A DNA stretch of 63,728 bases, the filler included, from Lenisia limosa (lineage: Eukaryota > Protista > Breviatea): assembly GCA_001655205.1 (NCBI GenBank). It is 8 parts of 8 records of this genome, joined end to end, with 100 filler letters (N's around TTAATTAATTAA, not from the genome) between each part and the next. Parts side by side here need not be neighbours in the genome. Positions count along the whole stretch, not along the records: positions 45,318 to 52,517 come from LPNZ01003455.1; positions 52,618 to 57,044 come from LPNZ01001364.1; positions 57,145 to 58,476 come from LPNZ01000146.1; positions 58,577 to 60,680 come from LPNZ01009616.1; 4 more parts are not named here. One strand, 5' to 3'. Each line of letters starts with the position of its first letter. The stretch's first letter is position 1. Positions 48,301 through 58,933 of this stretch are shown here, in pieces. The notes beneath the pieces were generated by a model. The model was not told the DNA's origin. It ran no database searches and was given only the letters and a program-made list of their open reading frames with translations. Position numbers and translations under genes: made by a program.

Positions 48301-51300
48301 AACCTCGGTATTTCGGTTCTTTTCCAGTTCTTCAAAGCGACTATTCATCTAAAGGATTATTGCGGTGATGGTTACTAGTAGAAGGGATCTTCTGTATCAC
48401 ACAAACTTGAATGAGTGTCGTCAAATACTATATCGATATATATCTGTATTTATTCAGATAATTACTAATAGTACATCATATACCATGTTACTTCCTACCT
48501 TCGTTACAAGAGATTCCAGAGGCAATTGTGACGATGCGGATAGCGAGTCAATTCGTTCTGTGAGTGCCTGAAATGTCAGAATTGAAGGAGGAACCTTGTC
48601 TTAGTTCAATCAAGCCCACTTCTATGTCTTCCTTTGTTGCAGGGAAAAGTGGAGTGACTGCATATTCTTCTGTGAGATTAATAATACCACCAATATTAAT
48701 AAAGAAAAATTGTGAGGAAAAAATATATATATAAAAGGTTGAATCAATTGGGGGTACGGCGATATTNNNNNNNNNNNNNNNNNNNNNNNNNNNNNNNNNN
48801 NNNNNNNNNNNNNNNNNNNNNNNNNNNNNNNNNNNNNNNNNNNNNNNNNNNNNNNNNNNNNNNNNNNNNNNNNNNNNNNNNNNNNNNNNNNNNNNNNNNN
48901 NNNNTACTAACTTTAGAACAATCAAGTTCCCCTTATCTCAAAGACATCCTAATTCCCCATTCAAGGCTCATATCCTTGGTCATGCATGCAAGATTACCAG
49001 GCGGCTGTTGCTGAATGTTTATCACATAGTAATTAAATGATTATGGTTGTAGTATAGACAGCAGAGGGTGCCTATGTCGTTTTTCGTGTAAACTTTTGAG
49101 AAGCCCTTCATGGTTAATGGGGCCAAAAATTAAGTTAAATGTCAGCTGTTGTTTGACACCCTTTAGATTAAAAGAGAATTTCAAAAAAATTCTCGTACAA
49201 ACCCGTTTTGACACTACTCATACAGTCTTTGCTGCGTTGCTGGGCACGACGATGCTGTGAAGCTTTTGGATTTTGCGCCAGTGTTCTTTTAACTGCACCT
49301 TAAAAATCCTGGTGGCAGCCATTCTGACTTCACGAAGTTCATGCTGAAGGAGTTGTACCCTTGACCGACAAATACCGAGGGATTCAGGAAAATGGCTCTC
49401 ATTTGATGGGTGACACGAGCCTTGGTGCATTTAACGTGGTAACCCGGCACTGATTATCCATAATCTTTCTCTACATATATTACTGTAGCATAATATATAT
49501 TATACTAAGTATGATATATCTGCGTTCCTCCAAGCATGGTCTTCTATTTTACCAATATCTGCTACTCTTTGCATTGTTCAGAATAGAGATACATTAGGAT
49601 TCAGTTTATTTCATAACGTACTACGTTGTTCAGACTAATCCAGGGTGGTTATGTGTTGGGGTTGCCGCCCAAAAGGCTAAGATCGTGGGGGGGGGGGTGA
49701 TAGCATTTGGGATTAAAATGACCGATAATCATCGTTTCCCTATAGCTATGTATATATTACATGATATGGGAGTTATTGTTTTTTGATTGATGAAATTGGA
49801 AAATGGCAACTGTGATAACAAGTGTGTCCTTTTCCTTTTATGTTTAATAGGATGCTCTCGTGTGTCACGGTCAAGCTTTCGGGTAAAAACGTGTATTACC
49901 TTGCTTCTATCCTTAATACTACATGAATAGTGTAGTATTTATTGTCTTGGCTTGCGATTACTTGAGAGACATGCTCTCACAAGGTGATTCATACAACTTC
50001 CGGCTTTTTTCAACATGAGCAAAACGGCACACAATGTTAACATTCTTACGTGTAGTTGAAATTGTAAGAAGGTTTAAGGAAAATAACTTCAGTAATCAAG
50101 TATATCCAATGCAGCTGACTTGATAACAGTTAGGTGAATATGATTATCAATCCATTTTTCTTCACAACTACTTAGGTCATTCAATCTACCCTTTAAGGTT
50201 GTCCCCTCCCGCATACCATTTACAGCAACCACGGCTTCCAACGCAGAAAGTCGAGCGTCGAATTGCTCAGAAATACCACTGGATTTCGATTCATCCTCAT
50301 TATCCCCTCTCTCCCTCTTTTCTTCATCAGTCTCGTCTTTCTCTACCTTTCCTTCCATATTCTCTTCAACTTCTTCTTCTGTCTTCTCTTCTTTCATCTC
50401 CACTTCTTCTATGCTATTGTCCTCTTCAACCACAGTAGTACCTTCGCCCTGCTCTTCAGTTCCATTTTCTGTCGATTTTGCAACAGTACTCTGGACTTCA
50501 GCATTATGACTGTGCTTCTCCTTCTGGTTGTGTGCGTTCTAAGTCAAATGAGAAGCATTCTGGGAGATAGAATTATTCCTTCTATCGCACATTCAACATA
50601 AAAAGACAATATAATGATGGAAAAAGATTCTATCTTTTCCCCTAGTTAAAATGATTATCAAAGAACAAAAATGCATGAAGAGTTTTGAATGGAAAACATG
50701 GTCATATTTGCTGTGGGTCCCTTGAACCTCAAAGGAGGCCACGCGTTGCTTGAGGGATTGCATGGCTACAAGAAGGTCGGCAATGGCGTCTTGTGATTCA
50801 ATCTGAAGCGTTAGGGGACCTTCCTTCAATAAAAATAAGCAAATAAAATTGGAACGTTTTGGGCTGAAAAAAATATTATCCTGAGAATTTTACTCTAAAT
50901 TTCAAGACTACCACCCCAAGAGCTTCACTTTTGGTTCCATAAAATGAATCCTCGATAAATCCTCGATGAATTCGATATTTTCCCGGTCTTTTGGAACCGA
51001 AAGNNNNNNNNNNNNNNNNNNNNNNNNNNNNNNNNNNNNNNNNNNNNNNNNNNNNNNNNNNNNNNNNNNNNNNNNNNNNNNAGCCACCCCCACACAAAAA
51101 GGCGGACAATACAACATTATTTGATAAAAACCATACCGCACATCATAAATACAAAGAGCCCTACCTGCGACGCTACGAGGTCGGAAATAGTCACTGGCGG
51201 CTCATCGATTTGACTAGTTAATGAGAATTAAAACAAAGCAGATCAGGGCCTCTCTGTTTGAAGTTTTAAAAAGCGTGACGTATCAGAGCCATATTAATAA

Positions 51301-52500
51301 CTTGGTACTTACATTCGTAGTACACAGAATAACATTGGTAAGAACACCCCACTCCCACCTGTCAGATTCAAAGCTCTTCGCAAGATCGGAGTTTGACTTG
51401 TCAGCAACCTTTGAATGATCAACAGGACAAAATGACTATTATTTGTGATGGGTGTTGCCATCCAAATAGTAATGAGAAAGCACTGCTTAGACAGATCGAA
51501 TATGTTATAGAGCAATATAGTATCAGATGTTTAAGTTCTCTTTATCATACATCTGAGCAGGATTTTGCACTGATTCACAAACCTGTTCGTCCTCATCAAG
51601 CGTGTCTTCATCCAATTCGACACCTTCAGAGACGCCAGTAGCATCGTGATGTTCGATTTGATCACTTGCATTTGTTACTTCCATAAAACTTTCTTCATTG
51701 CTTGTATCTGCCTCCATATCTCCCGTAGGTTGCATAACTGGCTGGCAGAGGGATTCAACCTTTTCAGACAGAGACTCGAGATGGGCTGTAGAGTGAGTTC
51801 AATTCTACTTTTGATTATATAACAAGGAGTATTTCATTTTATAGAATTGAAGTTTATACTCTCAAAAAACTATGATATGATATGCAGTTGAGACCGGACT
51901 CATGCAAAATTCAATTGATATTCCTCCTATCACCTATAACCAAATCACAACCCCCTCCCAACCCTGAATATCTCTAATCGAGTTGGCAGCTCTCGGCTGA
52001 TCGGACTGAAGATCGGAGATCAGTTCAGCCTGCATGTCCAGGTCGGAGCGTAGGGCCTGTGTGGAGGCGGCAACAATGTCCTGAACCTCGCCTGCGTGTT
52101 AGATATTAGCGTCGTTGTTACTAGAAAACATAATCTCTAAATAGAACAGCGGGACAAGTTCAATTCATCTTGGCGGTTATTATCTCTCAATTTAAGAAAA
52201 AAATCCATCAATCTTCTATACATTATTTGTTTGCCAAAACCCCATACCAGTATTGGGGCGTGTAAGTAAGGCCGTCATCACGTGATTAATATGGTCCTGA
52301 AGGCTCATAAAAAGGACCTATTATCCAGACGGAAACAATTTATCGGCAAATGACAGCAAAAAAAATAACTCAGTTCAAGCTACTCCTTCACACAATCTTC
52401 CACACAATCTTCACCCCACCCCTGTACAATGAGAAATACCCCACTCTCCCACTTCTCGATCATGTGATTTGACAAAGCCTGATGTGTCAATATCCCAATT
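45370..52500 (-). CDS. Very large multi-exon coiled-coil/acidic protein (partial)
   Basis: Heptad-like exons: RFEELSSELEEIKKNTEEI, QQIDGLEEAVRAL, LSERVAKIEADQ, LVQEIEVLHTRITAMQEQRE, GVEAEVATLAATLAETERKVQ, QFDARLSALEAV, DAIADLLVAMQSLKQRVASFE; Glu-rich exons at 50089-50433 and 51523-51735. Confidence 0.6.
50919..51003 (+). mobile_element. Degenerate hAT-like MITE copy (right end in gap)
   Basis: AGAGCTTCACTTTTGG..CTCGATAAA..CGATATTTT..CGGTCTTTTGG, colinear with the 43020 and 56042 copies. Confidence 0.45.
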
Positions 52501-52517
52501 TGCTTCCTCCAAGTTCG

Positions 52518-52617
52518 NNNNNNNNNNNNNNNNNNNNNNNNNNNNNNNNNNNNNNNNNNNNTTAATTAATTAANNNNNNNNNNNNNNNNNNNNNNNNNNN
52601 NNNNNNNNNNNNNNNNN
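52518..52617. other. Artificial assembly spacer
   Basis: N44-TTAATTAATTAA-N44. Confidence 0.95.
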
Positions 52618-52619
52618 AC

Positions 52620-55600
52620 ACGAGCTTGATGGGCGTCTTTCCTTGCCTCGGCTAGGGCCTTCTCCAACGCTTCAATTCGGGCAGATCGGTGCTTTGCAGC
52701 CTGTTGTGTGAGACAAAAAATAAAATAATAGATAATTATCATAAATATGTTATCATATACATGTACATTAGTTGTACTGATACAAGCACATTCCAAAGTT
52801 GATAAGCTACAGCCCTACCAAATCATGGAGTTCAGTCCGTGACCTTGATAGTTCCGAAGTTAAGGCCGCGGAGTTAGCATTGCTTGAGTTCTGGCTGTTT
52901 AGGACCGATCTCAGCTCGGCAATTTCATCTTCAAGGGGAACAATTCTGTGTAGTGAGATGAGGTTTTCGTTTCTATTCTTCGCAATATAATTAATGTAAG
53001 TTTAAAGCCCATGATGATTTGCTCATTTTCAAACAAGCTATCATCTTATTTTATCCAAATAACACAATGGATTACTTACTAAGATCGACTTCTCATACCA
53101 CCAATTCCACAAAAACAAAATAAGGTCTGCTCAAAAGTTCGTGCAATCACGTTTTTGAGATTGTAATACCCAATCTTCAGAAAATGTGCTTAACAATATC
53201 CCCCAAGAAAAACGTCAAAATTACTTGGAAGTTCTTCTACACATCCGTCCGTTACAGAACACCCGCTCCCCCTCTACCTGGCTTCTGTATTCAGAACCTT
53301 AGCCTCAGCCTCAGCCAGTCGCTGCACCGCTTCCCTCCAAGCCGCAAGGGATTCATCTCGAGAGTGCCGGGCATCGTGTACGCTTTTTTCAGCCTCAAGC
53401 TGGACAGAGTAAGTGGTAGGATATATCATATGATATGTCATATAATATCGTATGTATTAATTCAGTATAGTTACTTAATATCTCCATGTTAGATATTTGG
53501 TTGCTTCCTTTCCTGTGGGCATATTGATGATATTTTTGAAGTTTGTCTGATTGGAGAGGATATGGGGCATACTCTAGCGTAATACGCATTATCAGACACT
53601 TGTGCTTACAATTAACAATTAATATTGTACAGAGTTGAATCGAAAGGGAAACTTGATTCAAAATAAAAAGTATCAAGCGGAGTTTGGAATCGGAGTTGAA
53701 AGGGAGTAACGGAACTTTATAGACATGAAAAATAAAGCAAGGGCATATCTGGCCGAAGATATCCATGTCATCATGCTTATCAGTAATACTATGGAAAGAG
53801 GGAAGGAAAATAGAACCAAAGAAGAGTACGCTCAAAGCGATTACTCAACTCTTCACTTTTCTATCTCCATTTAAACTACGCCATATTCTAATCATATCAT
53901 CTCTCAGACTCTTTCATACTCTTTCCACTCACCACAGTTTGCTCAGCAGACAACTTTTGGGCCTCAGCGGCATTGGTCGCTTCCTTCACCTTTTTTTTTT
54001 GTTAGATTTGATGAAAAACACTCAGCTTTATATAAAACCAATCCTGCAAATGAAATGATGTGGGGCGACACAACAAATAGTTTTGCACCACGATATATAA
54101 TACTTATATAATAATTTTTCGCATTCAAGAATTACTAGTGATTATCCAACCTGTTTGTTATGTTTTGTAAGATCTGCCGCTGACTCTACTCGCTCGTTCT
54201 AAGGAGTTAAAGAATGGCTTAATTTCACTTTTGCTACACATACATGTATGTACATGCTAGCAATATACTCCAAGATGGTATAGCTGATAAAATTAAATCA
54301 AACTCCTCCCATATTCAGCACGATTTTTCCTCAATTCAAAATGATAAAACTGGATTGTCAATTAAAAAAAAAAAAAAAAAAGGGATATTGCATCATGTAG
54401 CTAGAAGANNNNNNNNNNNNNNNNNNNNNNNNNNNNNNNNNNNNNNNNNNNNNNNNNNNNNNNNNNNNNNNNNNNNNNNNNNNNNNNNNNNNNNNNNNNN
54501 NNNNNNNNNNNNNNNNNNNNACGGACGATGCCTGGAAATAATAAATAGGGGGGTGGGGGTGAAATGGAAATAAAAACAGCAATGTGAATTGCACCCAGAC
54601 CCACATCAGACTTAAGAGACTCATCAAGGCGTTTAGAAAGACCGTCGGCAGTAGCAGATAACGCGGCAAGCTGGTGGTGAAAATGAGAAAAGGTAATTAT
54701 TATGAATTATTCACACACACACATACAAGTTTTAGATAACAGAAAAAGGTGACTAGATCACAATATCATTGGTTCAATGGCAAAATTGGGTGACTTGAGA
54801 TAATTCCAACCTCTTATTAAGGGGTGATTGATTTCTATATTCAGATAAAAAGAAGTTCCAATTTAATTAATTTTATTTACTATTTTATTTACTATTTTAT
54901 TTACTATTTTATTAACTTGTTTGTTAAGTGAGCGATTGATACAATTTTTTTTCCGAAAAATATTCTAATGAAGCGGAAGCGGTGACGGGCAAGCAATCGT
55001 CTTGAAAGTTCTACTGAAAATGTATAGCGTAAGAAAGGGAATGCGAATTATCCACCTTATTGTTTGACTGATTTTTTGAAGGAAATCCCTGTATTGTGGT
55101 CTTTGAGGTCGGCACACCCCTGCTCCCGCGATTGTGGCTCTTCAATTCGCTAACGTTGGGTGCTTTAATGTTTTTACTCCAAGGAATTTTCTTGTGAAAT
55201 TGCGTTTCGATGAACCTTTAGTAATTGTTGATATTACCAGCCACCACAAGCTATTCAGGCACTTGCTCAGTTGTACTCAGAAGGTGTGTGAGCTGTTTCC
55301 TGATGGAGCAGCACGAAACAATCAGCGGAGCCGTGATTCAGGTAAAAAATGATATAACAATTACTCCTCATTCAATGGTCTTTGTTTACGAATTTGACAA
55401 GTGGGGTTGCGGTTGTATTCCTTCTTGAAGCGGAGAAGTAGACGCTTTTACTGCACTGTATGCCCTGCCTGTTTTTTCATGTTTTAGGGAAAGGCAAGAC
55501 GTTGACAGGTAGTTCTTGGTAAAATCCTTCTGTAACCAAAGCCCTTCCGAGTGTCAGTATGAGTATAGCCTTTTTTCAGAGAGGACAAAATTGTTTTCTT

Positions 55601-57044
55601 CCCCCTCCCCCCCCCCTTTTTTTTTACATGTATGTATATCTTCATTTTTTACAGGCTGGGAATCCAAAAATATGTCTGGGTTAATTGTGTTCAATTATAT
55701 ATTCCATTAGGCTGAGTGGGATAAACAACAGTTTAAACTATTGTTAACACCTCTTGGTACTCTTTTTTTCTTGATTTTTTTCTTTTTTTCTTTACCCACT
55801 TTTGATTTTTTGAGCGGTCCGTACCGTACCTGACCGCTCATTTAAATATCGCAAAAAGACCGGACCAGACCGGACCATTCGACACTACAACTATTTAAAC
55901 TCCTTTGTTTTTGAACTGTCCGGTCCGGTTTGGTCTTTTTGGAATGAAAATTTGAGCGGTCTGGTCTTTTTGGAAATTGGAAAATGAACGGTCCAGTCTT
56001 ACGCGTAAAAGGAGAGTTAGATAGTATGATAAGAGTATAATTAGGGCTTCCCTTTGGTGCTAAAAAGACCGTTTAAATATCGATATTTATCCAGGATTTA
56101 TCGAGAATTTCGGTCTTTTTGGGCCCGTAGTTAACCCCTAAATATAAGGATACTGGCTCCAATAGCCCCCCCACCCCTTCACTTTTTCCTTATTGTCAGT
56201 GTTTTCAGCAGCATCAGCGAAGGCCTTGCGCTCTGATTCCACATTACCTGGGGTGGTGAAACAATAAACAACATATTCCATTGTTAAAAACTAAAATGAA
56301 CGAAAAGACCTTATCACATCTGTATTGGATTATTAAGTCTAGTTTTCTACTCTAGGAAATGAAGAATCATGTGATGTGAATATATCATATAATATCTGGA
56401 GATATGAAATACCAATAGATGGTGGGTACAAGTATATGGCCGAACCGTATAATAAAAATGAGATAAAATCTGGATGATATTGCCGTACTTTTTAGTTCAT
56501 TAAGTTGAGCTCGAAGAGTGCTAATAGTCTCTTCAGCAAGTCGAAGCTTCAACTTGTCTTCAGCCTGGGGGGGGGGGGGCGCAAAATAAGAATGATGTTA
56601 ATCGACATATAGTATCATATGTATATACACAATTATAATTATACAAGTATATAATATCGACATACAATGTATTAGCTCTTTGGGAATGTTGCAATACACC
56701 CTTCCCCTCACTCTCTGTTTGGCAGCAGCATCAATAACTTGCTGCGACAGCTTGGCAACCTTAGAGCTGGCCTGCTCTGCTCTCAACATACGTTGGTCTG
56801 CTTGATCTGCCCTCTCATTGGCTGCTGAAACCATTTCATTGGGGTCACCGGGCTGACCATTAGAAATTACTGCTCTTGATCTAAAACGATTATAACAAAA
56901 TAGAAATTCCACAATGGGAATGTGTCTCAAGAAATCATATGTCGATTGACATGAAACACAAGCACAAGACATAGCTCACCGAAGAGTTGCAATGGTTTCA
57001 TTTGCTTCGTCAAGAGACGCTTCGAGACTCAAGTTGGCTGACTT
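52620..57044 (-). CDS. Multi-exon coiled-coil protein (partial; possibly the same gene as 45370-52500)
   Basis: Exons SLEASLDEANETIATLR, AANERADQADQRMLRAEQASSKVAKLSQQV, LEDEIAELRSVL, RIEALEKALAEARKDAHQAR. Confidence 0.55.
54871..54913. repeat. 12-bp tandem repeat (TTTTATTTACTA) x3.5
   Basis: Direct reading of the sequence. Confidence 0.85.
55811..56000. repeat. Cluster of inverted repeats built from GACCG/CGGTC motifs (MITE-like relic)
   Basis: TGAGCGGTC/GACCGCTCA (55811-55819/55832-55840); CAAAAAGACCGGACCAGACCGGAC (55852-55875) versus GTCCGGTCCGGTTTGGTCTTTTTG (55918-55941), 21/24 complementary. Confidence 0.7.
56042..56140 (+). mobile_element. hAT-like MITE, 99 bp
   Basis: Ends TAGGGCTTCCC ... 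GTTAACCCCTA; 8-bp flanks AGTATAAT/AATATAAG (6/8). Confidence 0.65.
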
Positions 57045-57144
57045 NNNNNNNNNNNNNNNNNNNNNNNNNNNNNNNNNNNNNNNNNNNNTTAATTAATTAA
57101 NNNNNNNNNNNNNNNNNNNNNNNNNNNNNNNNNNNNNNNNNNNN
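57045..57144. other. Artificial assembly spacer
   Basis: N44-TTAATTAATTAA-N44. Confidence 0.95.
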
Positions 57145-57209
57145 CACTTTGCTGAAACTCCTTATCATTTTTATTTTTTAAGGCCTAAAAGTGTTTTTAG
57201 ACTGATTTT

Positions 57210-58476
57210 ATGAACAATATGGGACGTAATATGTCAAAAAGATGGGGTTTCATGAAAGGTGAAGTTAGTGGTTTAGCACGTGCCGGAACTCCGCCAGCTG
57301 CTATTTTTCGAAAATTGTGCCGTCGCTACCCGGAATTGTCAAGGCGAAGTGTGTTCCGTTGGTGCAAGGATATTCAAGATGGGAAGTCCCTTCAGAACGA
57401 AAAGCCTCTCGGAAGACCGCGTTCAACTACTAAGGAACAAGATCAACGAATTGTGGAAAAAGTTGAAGAAGAGCCTCTGAAGCCAGTCACACAACACAAG
57501 AAGGAGTTGGAATCTGAAGGAATTCAGATTTCGGAGTATGTCATGCGCTGTGTCTTGAAGAAAGCTGGACTGTACTGTTATAGAGCCAGAAAGAAGCCTT
57601 GGATTTCGCCAAAGAACCGTCAGCATCGATTGGAATGGGCAAGCTGTCGTGTGACTTGGCCAATGTCAAAGTGGTATCGAATCATGTGGACTGATGAATC
57701 AAAGTTTCAGTTATTTAAACCTGATGGAAATACTCGAGTTTGGAGAAAAAAAGGTACAGCCTGGGATGAAAAGCATATTGTTCCTACTGTTAAGCATGGA
57801 GGTGGACGCGTTCTGGTCTGGGGTGCTATTGGAAAAGGTGGTGTTGGAAAACTCTACCATATAAAGGGTATTATGACGAAGGAACTTTATCTGAATCGCA
57901 TTCTTCATCGTCAGGTCAAGCCTTCTTTTGAGGTTGGTGGATTGTGTGAATACACTGCCATTATTGTTCTTTACATACTGTATTTGATGATCTATTCAAC
58001 ATCAATGGATTATGTGAAATAATAAATAAAATTGTTATTACAATTAGAATAAACAACATTCCAATTTTTATGTCAAAAGTAATGCAGTTTAGATTTGCTG
58101 CGGTCATGTTCAATTGAAAAATGCAGTGTTTCAACAGGATAACGATCCTTAGCACACGGCAAAAGTAAGTTCTGTGCGTTTTTATCAGCGTTGCTACTTT
58201 TGATTCACATTATTATTGCATATTCTGACTAATTAGGTGTGTAAAAGATATTTTGAGAATGCTGAATATGAACTGATGGATTGGCCTGCACAAAGTCCAG
58301 ATTTGAACCCTATTGAGCATGCATGGTATCTCCTTGACAAGAAATTGCGTGAATCTGGTGTCAAACCAACCTCTGAAGCTGATATGATGGAAAAATTGGA
58401 AGATGCTTGGTCTAACATACCACCATCTGCAATTAAAAACCTAATCGACTCCATGCCACGTCGGTGCCAGGCCGTT
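57210..58476 (+). mobile_element. Tc1/mariner (Tc1-type, DD34E) transposase gene with two spliceosomal introns and an in-frame TAG; 3' end cut by the junction; TIRs not seen
   Basis: Exon 1 57210-57932 (HTH, GRPR, KKPWIS, WTDESKF, TVKHGGG, VWG); exon 2 58093-58164 (VFQQDNDP*HTAK); exon 3 from 58237 (WPAQSPDLNPIEHAW..SMPRRCQAV). Splicing keeps the frame and gives 34 residues between the second D and the E. Confidence 0.93.
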
Positions 58477-58576
58477 NNNNNNNNNNNNNNNNNNNNNNNN
58501 NNNNNNNNNNNNNNNNNNNNTTAATTAATTAANNNNNNNNNNNNNNNNNNNNNNNNNNNNNNNNNNNNNNNNNNNN
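58477..58576. other. Artificial assembly spacer
   Basis: N44-TTAATTAATTAA-N44. Confidence 0.95.
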
Positions 58577-58933
58577 CCTATCGAAGGTTCTTACTGTTGC
58601 CCAATACAACCGTTAACAGACAGCCTTAGAAGCAAGTAAGCTGGTGTTGCTCAGAACAATGTTTAACCGATGTAGAGATGATGATTTACGTTCTCTTCTT
58701 CGTTTACGTCACTTTGCAGTATGTTATAAATAAAGATAAGAGCATTAAAGAAGTCTTGTTACTACTACTAGCCGACTTTTCCGACATTTTGAAGAAGTGG
58801 TTGGCGGAACATATTAAAGAAGAAATGAGAGAATTATTAGTTGATTGAAATGTACTGTCAAATCTTCTGGACATCAGGTTATATTGCCAGTTTATGAATA
58901 TGGGAACAGCTCTCAGTTTTGGTGTAACCCCCC

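Noticed and set aside
58150-58152. TAG reassigned to an amino acid (non-standard genetic code)
   Set aside because: One AAG-to-TAG change explains it at a conserved Lys. The host exons I translated show no pattern of in-frame TAA/TAG, and TAA/TAG terminate genes at 4873 and 16680.
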